Shown: in pieces, positions 23,939-37,425 of the stretch
Layout: the number at the start of each line of letters is the position of its first letter
Numbering within the stretch: position 1 is the first letter of the stretch
NCBI GenBank assembly: GCA_051294905.1
Contig: CM119373.1
Span: forward strand, 8,246,001-8,310,000
Source of the DNA: Botryllus schlosseri
Taxonomy: Eukaryota
Direction of reading: 5' to 3'
Length of the DNA stretch: 64,000 nt
Position numbers and translations under genes: made by a program
Notes under the pieces: model-generated
Told to the model about the DNA's origin: nothing
The model's database searches: none
The model's input: only the letters and a program-made list of their open reading frames with translations

Positions 23939-26790
23939 ATGAATATATTATTAAAATGTATATTTAAGTTCTGTACCCCAAAGAGTCTCTTCAAATACTT
24001 CCGAAAACGGTACAACAAGCAGCAGCTAATTACCATCAATACGCTGATAAAGAGTCGGGGAAGATTGAGAACTGCTTTATCTACAACAGCCTTTTTGAAG
24101 GCTTATATCGCCAAAAAGACGTTACCGAAGTTTATCAAAGGTATGATAGAGAGGTCTCGAGCACGCCTCACCCCCAAATATTGATCGTGCATTTATATAT
24201 GATGAAATCGACAAGAACAACAAGTTGCTTGCTACCTTACATCGTATATGTCGGTCACTACAGAAGGAAATTCGTGGATTTTTATCATTCTTTGATTTGA
24301 TTCGGTTCACCCGGTACCTGGCAACTATAGATACCATAAAGGAAAAAGAGAACTTGGCTAAGAATGAACGGAACTTGAGCCGTCATATTATCCAACGCTT
24401 TGGTAACACTGCTAGTCCTGACGGGAAAAATATTGTTAACTTATCGGACTACAAGCTCACGTCCACTGAAGAGTTTGTACTGTCTCATGGTCTCAACTTT
24501 TGTTTACCACGTACTACCATAAAAAGTGAAGAGGTATTCGCAGAATTTGAAGTGGTAATGGCTCAACTATATCATCGCAAAGCGAACTCCGCTGATAATT
24601 TGCCTGCCCTCAAAGCAAGATTGAGTGATTTGGCACATGCCTAGTATGGATATCCTATTGATTCGGCAAATTTTTTAATGACGAAGGAATGCTTTCGTGC
24701 AATAAAAGCATTGCGACAAAATCCGGACATTCTCACATTAGCAAACCGGATAAGGGCTCTGGGGTTGTAATCCTGAACAAACGGACAACCGAGCGAGATA
24801 GTGTAATGGTTGTGCGTCCGGCTTCTCGATCGGTAGGTCATGGGTTCGATCCCCGGCCGGGTCAGACCAAAGACTCGAAAACTGGTATCCGCGGCTATCC
24901 TGCTAGGCGCTCAGCAATCACGGATAGCCTGGAGGAGAAACAAACCGGGGGTGCAGACTAGATGACCTTACTATAAAGGCCGTATCGCATCTCCGTCGTC
25001 AAAGCATCTCGATGGTGCAGGCGAAAAGAATACCATATCTCTCTCTCTCTCTCTCATACTCAAAATGGAAGCAATCTTGGGTGACGAATCAAAATTCAAG
25101 ACACTTGGTCCCGCTGCTGAATTCGATAACATCGCGAAGATCGAAAGACGGATACAGCGCCGACTATTCAGCCTGGAGAAAAACGGCTCCATAACACCTG
25201 AGGTCTACGCCTCCATCAGACCGGTCGGGGCACAGAGGCCGCGTATTTACGGACTGCCAAAAACTCATAAAACCAACGTGCCCGTTCGACCAATTCTTTC
25301 TATGATTGGATCGGCGCAGCACAAGCTCGCGAATTGGTTATCGGTATTTTGGAACTAGTGCGTTCCATGTGTGATTCGCATTGCGTCGCTGATTCGTTTT
25401 CATTCGCGCACGAGATGAAAACCACCGACCTTCCAAACTCGAATATGTATCTCGGTTCATATGATATCGTTAGCCTCTTCACGAACGTGCCGCTGAAGGA
25501 GACCATTGATATCTGTGCGGACGCGCTAGATAGTGGTGGTGATTTAGCACCACCTTCCTTCTCGCGTAAAGTGTTAGTTGAACTTCTTGATACGGCTACT
25601 TGCTCTGTTGAGTTTAGTTTTAACGATACCATCTACATGCAAACCGACGGTGTAGCTATGGGTAGCCGTCTTGGCCCGATTTTAGCAAATATATTTATGA
25701 GATTCCATGAAAACAGACTTTTCGCGGCAGATGAAACCAAGCCTCCATTCATGTACCGTCGCTATGTCGACGACACCTTCGTTATCTGTCAAAATAAGAC
25801 GTTACCATGCTTAGACGTTCTAGTGGAAAACGGGGTATTAGCTGCGTCACTTCGATTTACCGGAAGCCAACGTTTACAGGGCATTATATACGCTGGAATT
25901 ATTTTAGCCCGAATCGCCGTAAACTAAATTTGATTGGCACGTCGGTGCACAGAGCCTTGAATACGCGGAGCTAGAATATATCCATAAAATTGTAATCGAT
26001 AACGGGTACCCCGTACACATCAAGAGTTTTGTTGACAGAAAACTCAAGAATTTCAATCCCAACAAATCACAAAACACTGTCTCCTAACAAATCACAAAAC
26101 ACGGCCTAAGGAAAATGTATTACCGTGGCTCGGCCCCATCTCTTCCCGGTTTGAAAAGCAATTGATTTCTGCTGTAAATCGCTGTTACGATAACGTAAAA
26201 ACTAATGTTGTGTTTACAACCAAACAATTGCTTCCTGCAATGCGCAAAGATGTTCTTCCTGCTTCTCAACAAAGCAATATAGTTTACGAATTCAAGTGCC
26301 ACTGTGATTGTCGGTACGTAGGAAGAACAACTCAGCGCTTGTCGGAACGTATCAAACAACATTTACCGCGCGTTCTTAGACTACGTGCATTAAATTCCCA
26401 GGGACAGGCCGCTGAAACTGAAACTGACCTAAGGTTGTTGGAACACAATCAGGCCGTGGCAATGAACTCTGCCATTGGCAGGCATTTAGCTGAGCATGCT
26501 ACTTGCGCCAATTACTATAGTGACGACAGATTCTAAATTTTGGGTAGAGGCCGCACACTTTTCCACTAGTCCGCGCTGGAATCGACATTCATTAAGATCA
26601 ATCAACCACGCTTATGCCAGCAGAAGGAACGGTTGCTTCAGCTAAAAATTGGCCACTAGCTGCGCTCGCGGTTTGTCTGCACTTTCTATGACATCACAAT
26701 TGGCTGTATGCAATGTATTTATATGTAAGTTTTGAAATTCTCTTTATGCCGACAATTACCCCTGAAGAGTGTTGGCTCGAAAAGCGGGCT
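23939..26790 (+). mobile_element. Penelope-like retroelement (RT plus GIY-YIG), near full length, multiple frameshifts
   Basis: NLSDYKLT...LSHGLNF, KPDKGSGVVIL, IYGLPKTHK...RPILS, YDIVSLFTNVP, QTDGVAMGS, RRYVDDTF, YVGRTTQRLSERIKQH. Confidence 0.9.
24787..25055 (+). mobile_element. tRNA-derived SINE inserted in the Penelope ORF
   Basis: A box TAGTGTAATGG (24799-809), B box GGTTCGATCCC (24843-53), central GGTCAGACCAAAGAC...GCTAGGCGCTCAGCA block (resembles the MetaSINE domain, from memory), (TC)n tail; interrupts the ILNK...KMEAIL region of the ORF. Confidence 0.85.
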
Positions 26791-27210
26791 GTACACTATA
26801 GTCACGACATCGATGGTTCGAGTCTCGGCTCTGCCATGTTTCTATGTGACGGAGGTTTATCTGAGCTCCTCATCGCGGATCCCGCTGTAATACAGCGCAT
26901 TGAAAAGCCCAGACGAAGAGAGAGCCGAACTCTCGAAAGATGTCAGCTAAAGATCGCGTTCAAGGAGCAAAAGCACAAAGACATCTGACATTTATGAAAT
27001 TCATGTACTGGGCGCAAATGACTACAATTGCGATAAGCGCCAATGATGTAATAAAACAAACAAACAATATTGCTATTCGATTATATAGTTACCGACTACT
27101 GGAAAATAATAAATATGTATTTGTATATTTGAAACAACCTAAACATTGGTTTGATGATAACGTACACGCGTCAGAAACATAGACGAGAATGACCGTTCTC
27201 GTCAATTTAA

Positions 27211-28348
27211 GGCCGTATCAGACGAGGCGATGCCGGCGACGTCGGCCGATAATTTCTCTACTATCATGTGAGAGATCGTTGCACTTGATTAGTTTCAGAA
27301 GGCGTTGACCCGTTGCATTTAAACCTGCTCGCGGATGATTGACATGACATCTGCGAATCGGTTTTTTGTTGTTGTACAGGTCAGGTACACTGTACTTGTA
27401 CATGTACATTGTACAATGTACTACCGTATTATGATCAGTGATGGTCGGATAGTGATTTCTGAGAATCCGAATCCATCCGACAGCTCAAAGCTCTGAGGAG
27501 CAATCCTTCCGAATACGAACAGTCTCATCCAAATACCCATGCAACTCTGAAAAATCTTGTCCATATTCCAGAAAATCCGAACAGAATAAATATTCCGAAG
27601 AATCCCAATTGTGCAGCGGAGCTACATACATTTAGGGCCTAGAGTTGGCTGGTTTATATTTGCTTGGACCTTTGACAGAACAACTTTAGAGTGCTACCAG
27701 TCCTATAACAAGGGGTACACTGTCCGTTTTGGTTGTCGAGCTGACGATTTTTTCTTTCGACTTGAAGTTAAAAGTCACGTCTGGTCAACATTATCCAGAA
27801 ATAAAGTAACAACTAGCCGAAAATATTCGAAATTAATTCTGCAATATCGTTATGATGCCTGTACAATGTGTTCATGTTGCAATGTCTTGTCGAATGAAAC
27901 CTTCTCGGAACCATGGTAGTATGGTATTTGTAAGGGTAGGTCAAAACAGTTGAAAGTAGCACGAGTTTTGACTGCAATGATAGCTGCAGGAGAATGTGCG
28001 CGTGCTGGTGCTACTTGAAGGTGGTGGGTGTATCCGATTTTGCAACGCCGGCCTATACTGGATAAGTGAAGCAGCTCAATAATTTAGTACTACATCGCAG
28101 TAATTCGTTTCGCAATGCCTCGCCAGAAGGTCCGTCCGCTAAACGGCTTGAGCAAAAGTGACGCTATTCACGTCTCGACACCGGTTTATATATGGATACG
28201 CATGAGCGCATCTCTCACTTCTCTCATCGCCGGCGATGTCGCCGAGTTAATTGACACTGTCAATTAAAATCGCCGGCGATTCCAGCGATGGCAGCGATGA
28301 TAAAACAAACACTAACGCCCCGCCGACATCGCCTCGTCTGATATAGGC
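27211..28348. mobile_element. Harbinger-like non-autonomous element
   Basis: TIR core TATCAGACGAGGCGATG at both ends, TTAA on both flanks, subterminal ATCGCCGGCGAT repeats; truncated hAT-like MITE (CAGTGATGG..., from 27436) inside. Confidence 0.75.
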
Positions 28349-28479
28349 TTAAGGGATGCAACTCGGTTGCCCCGATTCTTACAACTGGATGTGAATATGA
28401 GTCTGTGAGCAGCGATATGTTGATAGATTTGCTGATTGTGCTGACAGCATCATGACCATATTGATTTTAAATACGTTAC

Positions 28480-28556
28480 GGATAGCGTAATGGTGAAGCG
28501 TCCGGCTTCTTGATCGGTTGTGGCTTCTATAACCGGACGGGTCAGACCAAGGACCT
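28480..28556 (+). mobile_element. Degenerate 5' fragment of the same SINE
   Basis: GATAGCGTAATGGT...GCGTCCGGCTTCT.GATCGGT...GGGTCAGACCAAGGAC aligns with 24797-24872. Confidence 0.7.
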
Positions 28557-28604
28557 TATTAATGGGGATTTCGGAATCTCAATTTTGACATTTTTCGACC
28601 TTAA

Positions 28605-30464
28605 AGGTCAACTATATCGACCAAAACAACTTTATCTCATTTTGTAGAGTTTTTTATGCTGATTCCAATAATATACATCCTAACTTCTAAAATTACGTAT
28701 TTTCTGAGATATCGCAGTGCAAACTGCCGACCTCTGAGAAACGGCTGTAAAATCAGCAACCGTGTCGATGACGTACTACCATGAGGATTTTGCCGATACA
28801 TGGAACACTGAATGGGATGTCCAAGTCAATCGTTGGTTGTTGTCTTCGCCTAAATTACCTGGTGCTGCGTTGTTTTGATTCGTCATGCCCGACTGGACTA
28901 TTCGATGTTCATTTTATGGTACTTTAGGTTCTTATAATTTGCGATGGCTTGTGTAGAGGAAGTACAGAAGCCAACGTGCAAGGCAAGCAGTTCTGTTTCC
29001 ATCTCATGTATTGATCCCATGGAAACGCCACCTCGGTAAGGACGAGGGCGGCTAGCTGCCCCGCACTTCAATGAAAACAGATGCAAAGAGCAGAAGAAAA
29101 GCAAGTCCAGAAAGACCCTTTTGCAGTCCAATATAAGGAAGGCTGCTGTGCTCACCGATGTACAGTGTTTTTCAATAAGCTGCTGTAGTCGGAGTAGGAG
29201 CACTTTGCCATCACACTTTCTCTACCGCAAAGGATGCTGTACAATGGTGAAGAACTGGAGGCACATCTGTCATTCAATCATTGACCAGTTGACCATGAGG
29301 TGTGGCCAGAACCCCCCCCCCCTTGCTGCTGTACGTGCAAGATTGCAACGAGATCAAGCCATACATCACGATGATGCCGTGTCACGGTAGGTAATTATTA
29401 TTTCAACTTCAGTTTTCCCAACAAATTCAGAGTTTTGTAACTTCAAACAACCACCCCTGATCTAGGCTTACATAAAAAACTCTTGTCCTGCTGCTGGCTT
29501 TCACATATATATTGAACCGGTGTTACAATAAAAATAAAGTAAATGGAGTGTTAGTAAGTGTATATGATTGAATTTCTGCTGTAAATTATTATTTCAGAAA
29601 CATTGACAATCCTGGCCGAGGGCATCATGCTGGGGCATAACATCAAAAAAAGAAAATTCGCCGAAGAATCCTAGGAATATCATTTATTCAGAGATTTATT
29701 GAGATAATTTCCTTCTATGATATTAAAATTTTTGCGATTCTGTATTTATTAGAACCTAATAAAAGCTTTCGACTTTTCTGTATGTATTAGAATCCAGGAA
29801 AAGCTTTTGAGTAAAGCCATTTTATTACATACAAAGATAAAGTGGAAGTAGCAGTCTGTGAGAACTGATCAGCGACGTCGAAATACTACGGATCCAGTGC
29901 ATGCGGCGGAGCTGAATTCCTTTGAGTGAATCTAGTCAGGTCTAGCGGCTCTGAAAAGTCCACATGTATTAGTTATATGTATCGGTCTTCAAGCTTAGAT
30001 CGCCAGCATACCGCACAATCTTACATGCATGCGTTACACTAATTGTTTTAGACGCGCAAGTCCAATCATTTGACCAAACGGTACGGTACTTTCGTCGTCC
30101 AGTAATGCCTGATTGTATATACCATTCAATGGCTTACCTATATACGTGAATTCCCCAATAGTGTCGGAATAAGATTTACTAGACACCGTGTAGCTATCAG
30201 TTGAGTCCACAGCTTCAGAGGTTGACATTATCCCACTTCAATACAAACACCACAGCCACAGCATCAGAAATCCTCATGGTGATACGTCATCGACATGCTT
30301 CATTGATTTTACTACCGTTTTCGTCTGTGGTGGCATTTTTCGACTTTCGCTGCTCGATATCTCAGAAAATACGTAATTTCAGAAGGTATGGTGTATATTT
30401 TTGGAATCAGCACGTAAAACTCTACTGAATGAGCCAAAGTTGTTTCGGTCGATATAGTTGACCT
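28605..30464. mobile_element. Kolobok-type non-autonomous element with about 110-bp TIRs
   Basis: TTAA|AGGTCAACTATATCGACC... and ...GGTCGATATAGTTGACCT|TTAA; inverted arms 28605-28714 and 30355-30464. Confidence 0.85.
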
Positions 30465-32895
30465 TTAAGAATTTTAATTTTGACCTAACGTAAGAAAATT
30501 AGGTGTTTTCTGGCATATTGTTAGAATCGTACTTCTTATCTTAATTTTTGGGTGGAACTGTTCGTCCTTACGAAGTAGTCTGGCCTGAAAAAACTTTTTT
30601 TTGACCCAAAAACTGACAAATATTTACATGAAATTACCTTATTTTCGAAATCTAGCTTCATGAAGAATTCCAGAAGTTACATTACGCATTATGGTAGAGA
30701 TATTTGTATTACAATGAAAAATACTCTCCTACATTCTGAAATAAAAAGTGTGTGTCCTTACTAAGTAGCTTGCCAAGAATGGAGAAAGAACGTTCAACAG
30801 CAGCAGTTGTTGGCTGACAACAGTGAAGTTATGCGTACACTGCTTGGCACAGGCCGTGTTGCTTCATTGTGGCAATGGTGTCCACCAGGGTTTCCAACTG
30901 CTGTTGGTCCAAAAGTGCCAATTGCTCTCCAAAATGTGCCAAATGGCCCTTCAAGGAGCCAACTACTTCGGTTTTAACCAATATGCATATAAATTACCCC
31001 TTGAGAACTAAAATGATACGTTGTCAATAGCCTGTGCACTTTCACATGCGTGCCTGGAGTAAATACCATTGAACAAAAACGTCAATGAAAGAAAATCACG
31101 AAAAATTTGGATAAGTAACGAAACGTACATGTTATCGTTAACCATCGCGGATCGTGCGCAAACACAGAAAAAGACAGGAAAGTGAGATCAGTAACGCTGA
31201 CCACTGAAACATATTGCCAAATTTCATTGCCAAACATCTTCCTGCAAGACTTCAAGCAAGCACAGTTCATCATCCTCGTCATGATACATATCGGCGGTAA
31301 ACTTTCCTAGTCAATTAGGCGTCGCTATTTTTACTTGTAATTGAGTGGGTTTCTTGACCACTTTTGCCTATAAAGCAATTATAAATATAAAACAGCTGAC
31401 TATAATTACAGCTATCGCATCAACAGCAACACAGTGAAGCTGAAGGAACAATATATATGAGAAATATCTAGCTTACGTGATATAGTAGGCTTTCTACGTT
31501 TGTGAACCATGAAGTTCAGTCGGCTGTTTCAGTTCACGTAGGCTACCAAACGAACGATTCTAATCCGAAGTCGAATTCATCGCTGTGGGAACAGCTACAT
31601 TTCATCCAGGACTAAATGTAGTTCCTGTGGTGCAAACTTGCTCGTCAGCTGTCCACATTTTTGTAATCCAATCCAGGACCACATGGGTTGCCAGTGAACT
31701 CGGCACATGGCGACATCGGCGCTTGTATGGTGACGTAACAATGCCGTCTGTCGGTGTTGGTCTGCTACGGGGGCTGGCAACTTCTCTAGTCGGCGGGCCG
31801 GATATACAACAGGGGTTAAACCCGCTCAGACGCCAGCCCGCCACACGCCAAACGCCACCCTGCGGCTGAGTCTCTATGTGGCGTCTGGCGTGTGTACGAA
31901 TTGAAACGCAGACTGGCGGCTGAATTGCTACATGGCGTCTGGCGTGTGAATGGGTTGAAACGCAGAGTGGCGGGTGATTTGCTACATGACGTTCGGCGTC
32001 TGTAATTTTGAGACGCCGTGCTAGATATCGGGCGCATGAACTGAACCAGAATTTTGCATTTCTTTCTGATTCGTGATTTAATTCAATTTCTCGGTTTTTG
32101 CGAAATCAGTAATTCTCATATAATTAAAAAACTGCGTACATCATTCTAATTTGGACGAAGTTATTTCGATTGCTCCAATTGCTGACGATTACCCCTGACT
32201 AGTATCGGCGTCTAGTCTCTCCTGCCTCTCGTTACACTCACAGCGATCTCATACCTAACTCGCATATACACATGGAAATGAATGACAATAAGTATAACTT
32301 TATTGAGATTAATCTACAGTGCAATGAGCACGATAACAATGACCAGGTGGTAGCTCTTGCCCTGAGTAGCAACAATCCTTGAATAAACAAACCGCCGTCA
32401 CCGATAAAATACTGGACAAATCAACTTTGCAATTCTATACCCAATCCGTGATCATCGCATTTGGCCTTTTACTGTTGCAGTTGTTGCAATAATTTCCTGG
32501 TTCCTGGCTCGTCCGTGAAACGATCGCCCAATACAAGCTATAGTTGGCAACTGGGAGCTTCCATAGGGTGTGTGTGCGTGCGTCTAAGAATCGTATGTAT
32601 AAAGGGTATAGTGATGAAATTGCCCATGGAATTACATACGGTTCTGCGAGGTGTTCCCACGGGGGAGCTTCCTTAAACTGCCCCCTCAAATAAATGTTTT
32701 CTGGCTACGCCCTTGTTTGCATTACCTTTTACTTTTTCTCCCCGCCGACATTTTGAAATTAGAAGTCTTGCTCTTCTTGCGTGGTGGCGGATTGCCACAG
32801 AAATTAGCTAAATAATACTGAAATGATCCGCGCCGCCCATGAAGTTTAGCGCAATGGTAGTGACTTCTGTGTTTTGCCACGCGTTGCATAGCCAT

Positions 32896-34081
32896 CAGAG
32901 GTGGTCAGTAACGAAGTACTTCTACTTTTTCGAAGTACTCAAGTAGTTTTAATCTACTTCTGGTACTTACTCAAGTAGATCTGATTTTCGCTACTTCTAC
33001 TTCGTAAAATTTTGTGATCTACTTACCTACTTTTCGCTATTTTCAGTTTGTCAAGTAGAAATAGTTCAATCCCCCAATCAGGAAGATAACCTGAAGAATT
33101 TCGGGGCTGTTTTCACGGAGTATTACCATTTAATTTTCATAACAGGTAAGTAAAGTCCAGAATTTTCGTCGCGCTTCGCACGCAGTGAATACGGAGTAAC
33201 CAGTATGATATGACGAAAGTATCGGTGAATGTAATTTAGGTTGCGAGTTGGCGTTGTTCCGTTCACACCACATTGTCGCCCTTCGCCCATATGAAATATT
33301 CCATCACAGTATATATGGCTCATCACAACGTTTGAAACTAGCAATCTAGCATTTACTTATCATATCATAATCTTGCATGTCCATGGCGTGTCCTAATCTG
33401 GAAAAGTGGGCTCTGACTTTTTTTTAGTTTTAGAGCTGTTTTAGCACACCACCTTTGAAACTATCTGGACTAAAGACATGAAATGCATGTTCTGCTTTTA
33501 GAAGTAGTATTTATATTTATATTTATATTTCCGGAAATAAAACTACACAATATGGCATTCTTACGGTCGACCACATTTTTTATTAACACTTACTAATCGT
33601 GCAAAGTGTTTACACCGTATCCTATACAACTTCTCCGTATTTCTCTTCGACTAAACTACTGCGGGCCTTACAATATGGAGGAGGACGCCATACCATGATA
33701 TTTTCTAAAACGTGCTGTTCGAGAAAACAGAGGATTAGTATCGCATCCCATATCAATACTTTCATTTTCATCCCATGATGCGGACGAATGCTTATGCTGT
33801 CGAAAATTGGAAACCTCCTGGTATGCATCAATATGAATCAAGCTCAGCACCTTTCGCATAGTTAAATTTGCATCTTTTGACAATCCATGTGAACGAATTA
33901 GGATCGTTTTTACAACTACTTACTTACTTGAGTAGATTTAAAGTCGGTCCATTCTACTTCTACTTCAAGTAGTTTTAGGTTGCCTATGGAAGAAGTACTT
34001 CTACTCATACTTGAGTAGATTTCCTCGTAGCTACTTCTACTTCTACTTGAGTAGCTTTCTTGACTACTTTGACCACCTCTG
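32896..34081. mobile_element. Non-autonomous hAT element, family A copy 2
   Basis: Same ends and body as 22419-23707; 8-bp TSD ATAGCCAT (32888-95, 34082-89). Confidence 0.93.
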
Positions 34082-34523
34082 ATAGCCATACACTACAATC
34101 GGCATGGTAGAATGTAGCCTAGAAAACAGAAACATGCATGAGCATTCAGCAATGAGCAATGGGTAACCTGGTTCAGAAACCTTACAATATGTCCTCAGCA
34201 GTCCAAAAATAATACAGCTATATCGTCAGACAACACTTCTTGTTCTGACAATTTTATATTATATGCATGCATATCAAAATGTCATTCTATAATATTACAA
34301 TGTCAAACTCGAAAATTGAGAGGGCAAAGGTGCCCCTGAATTCATGTACTTCACTTAGTGACTTCACTTCGCTTCACTTAGTTTAGTACGGGTGGAGAGA
34401 GAGAGAGAGAGAGATTTTTATTTCGTCAACCGATGGCGGCAAAATGAAAGTATAAATATGCAACAGACAAACAGTGCTTCGGTATCGGTATTGACTGGTA
34501 GACTGGTTGACTGGAGATCATAG

Positions 34524-35496
34524 CAGTGTTAGGATCAAGTCACTGCCTTCGAGTCACGAGTCATTTCGAGTCATTGCACATTTTGACTCGAGTCAAGTCA
34601 AGTCAATCGATTTTCAAAGATGACTCGAGTCAAGTCAAGTCACTCGATTTTTGGAGGTGACTCGAGTCAAGTCGAGTCAAGTCAAGTCAAGTCACGAGTC
34701 AAGTCACAATTCAAGTCAAGTTGCCTTTTCGAAGTATGAGGCATGATTACGTCATTGCATTTTGCTAGCTGTCTGAAATACATATTGAGTGGTCATTGAT
34801 TCTGAACCGCTAAACCAATATAGAGTTGAATATACACGCAAGAAGGCGCTGTATCGCTCACATATATGTAGAACTGGTGAACTACGTTAATAATTACATA
34901 GCCTCAGTTGATAGTTACCAGCCAAAATAGAGAATATAGAATTGATTGAGAACGAATTGATAAGACGCGATACATTACCAATTTACTAATTTATATGATA
35001 CAATTCGAGCCTGCGCCAATGGTTGGGGACTATATAAACTATATTCGAATTCAATTTCAATAAAACAAGGGGCTTGCTTAAGGTGAGAACAGAAATAGAC
35101 ATTTTGCTATTCAATTACTTTACAACTAGTTTACCACAACGTAAGCCATAAGCTTCGATCCCTTCGTTTGCGGTCAATTTATATGTGAGAGAACAATTGA
35201 GGCTCAGTAAAACGCACGATCATTAAATCATTGGTCGCTCTCATGGGTTACACCAGCGTTTCGCGAAAATCCAAACATATCCAAGTGACAGATTTTTATC
35301 GACACCGATTACTTGATGACTTGAAATTGACTCGTGAATTTTGCTCCAAGTCACGAGTCAATCCATATTTCTGATACGCCGAGTCAAGTCAAGTCTAGTC
35401 ATTTTAGCAAAGTGACTCGAGTCAAGTCAAGTCATACGAAAAAGGTGACTCGAGTCTGACTCGAGTCAAGTCATGACTCGAGTCATCCCAACACTG
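34524..35496. mobile_element. hAT-type non-autonomous element with GACTCGAGTC subterminal repeats
   Basis: TIR CAGTGTT(A/G)GGAT; 8-bp TSD GATCATAG (34516-23, 35497-504). Confidence 0.92.
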
Positions 35497-36009
35497 GATC
35501 ATAGAGGTTACTTAAGTTACGGTTACCAAGTAACGCATGCTTTAGTACTGAGTAAAACTCAATTGCGGATCATAAAGTATCCTCAGACCTAAAATGAGTT
35601 TTTAACGGCACTCAAAACGTCCGTAACTCAAGTAACGTGTAGTGCTAACTTGAGTGCGCGGCATGTAGCTTTTTTGGTACAGTGAGAGCTCAGACGTTAC
35701 AGTTGGTCAATCATCCGAGGCCTTATTACTCGTCACACGGCAACGGCGTCAGCATAGTTATACCACAATGACCTACAGTAATGCATAACAATGACTTGGG
35801 AGCTACAGCGGACTTGCCAGACATCGTGATGCGAATACATTTACAAGTATCTTAAGACGATGGATTTTAAACGGAGTATTGAATAAATTACACTTTGTAA
35901 TTGATATATAAAATTCGAAAATATTAGGCGGACCAGCAGGAAACTTGCCACGGACCGGAGGTTGAGATGAGAACCACTGGTATAGTGGATTGGATACTAG
36001 ATGATGAAT

Positions 36010-36670
36010 ATCAGGATAGCACGGAATGTATCTAATTTGTATATGTCGACGTTTGGCGTCGGATATATCATCTCTCAAGACGCCATGGGCTGCATCTAAT
36101 TTGTGCATGTCGATTGTCGCCGTTTTGCGTCTGAAGGGAAATATCGACTATCAAGATTCCATCGAATGCATCTCATTTGTACATGCCGACGTTTGCAGTC
36201 TGATATATCAACTATCCAGGCGCCACGGAGTGCATCTAACTTATGTATGTCGACGATTGGCGTCGGATATATCAGCTATCAACACGCCACGGGCTGCATC
36301 TAATTTGTGCATGTCGATTGTCGCCGTTTGGCGTCTGGACGTATATATCGACTATCAAGACGCCACAGAACGCATCTAATTTGTACATGCCGTCGTTTGG
36401 TGTCTGATATATCAACTATCCAGACGCGACGGGGTGCACCTAACTTGTATATGCCTACGTGTGGCGTCGGATATATCAACTGTCAAGACGCCACGGGCTG
36501 CATCTAATTTGTGCATGTCGATTGTCGCTGTTTGGCGTCAGAACGGATATATCGGCTATCAAAACGCCACCGAATGCATATAATTTGTGCATGCCGGCGT
36601 TTGGAGTCTGATATATCAACTATCAAGACGCCACGGGTGCATCTCATTTGTAGCCTACATGTCGACGTTT
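36010..36670. repeat. Higher-order tandem repeat: 204-bp unit of three diverged 60-80-bp monomers, about 3.3 copies
   Basis: TGCATCTAATTTGTGCATGTCGATTGTCG recurs at 36091, 36295 and 36499; each monomer carries TGGCGTC...GACGCCA. Confidence 0.9.
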
Positions 36671-37254
36671 GTCGCATGTGAGAGCTATGCCGTAAATACG
36701 TGGAATTTAGTTGATAGACAGCAAGCGCTAGCTAGCTATATCATACGAGGATGAATGAATAGACTAATTCTAAGAAGTCTGAAGGACAGAATGTAAGTAG
36801 TCTATATAAAAAAAAAAAAAAAACTTGTAATTCTGGGCTGACGTTGTGTTCTACAAGGTTAGTCCAGTGTACTAGCACAACAAGATCATACAACTTTCAA
36901 AACTGATTTCGCATATACTGAAACGATCTTCTTCAGCAGTAACGATTTTGATAAGGCGCGTGAAGTCCTCAGCTCAAGTCATTGCTGCCAATGCTACAAG
37001 AAAACTCGAGCAGCAATCAAACAAATAACTGTAGCAGACATTATTCCTCTATCGACGAATATAATAATGCAGCGAACAATCCTTTTTATCCACCAGCTTT
37101 CCTTCCATCTGGATGAGTAACTTTGCCTATAAATCAGATCCTGTACACCAGACGCTGTGCAACTAGCTACCTACACACGGCACGGTGGTCTCAAAATTGC
37201 CAGACGCCGAACGCTATTTCGCAGTACGGCGTCCTAAAATGTTGGACGCCAGAC

Positions 37255-37425
37255 GCCATATTGCACTTCATCCGCCAATCTGCGTTTCAACCCATTCACA
37301 CGCCAGACGCCATGTAGCAATTCAGCCGCCAGTCTGCGTTTCAACCCGTTCAGACGCCAGACGCCATGTAGCAATTCAGCCGCCAGTCTGCGTTTCAACC
37401 CGTTCAGACGCCAGACGCCACGTTA
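37255..37425. repeat. 54-bp tandem repeat (about 3 copies) in the right TIR of the MULE-like element; about 2 inverted copies in the left TIR
   Basis: CATGTAGCAATTCAGCCGCCAGTCTGCGTTTCAACCCGTTCAGACGCCAGACGC at 37311 and 37365. Confidence 0.88.

Noticed and set aside
24787-24870. Functional tRNA gene
   Set aside because: A and B boxes are present but no full cloverleaf; it continues into a SINE body and (TC)n tail and sits inside a Penelope ORF.
36010-37425. Tandem arrays as CRISPR repeats
   Set aside because: No unique spacers between constant repeats, no cas genes, eukaryotic context.
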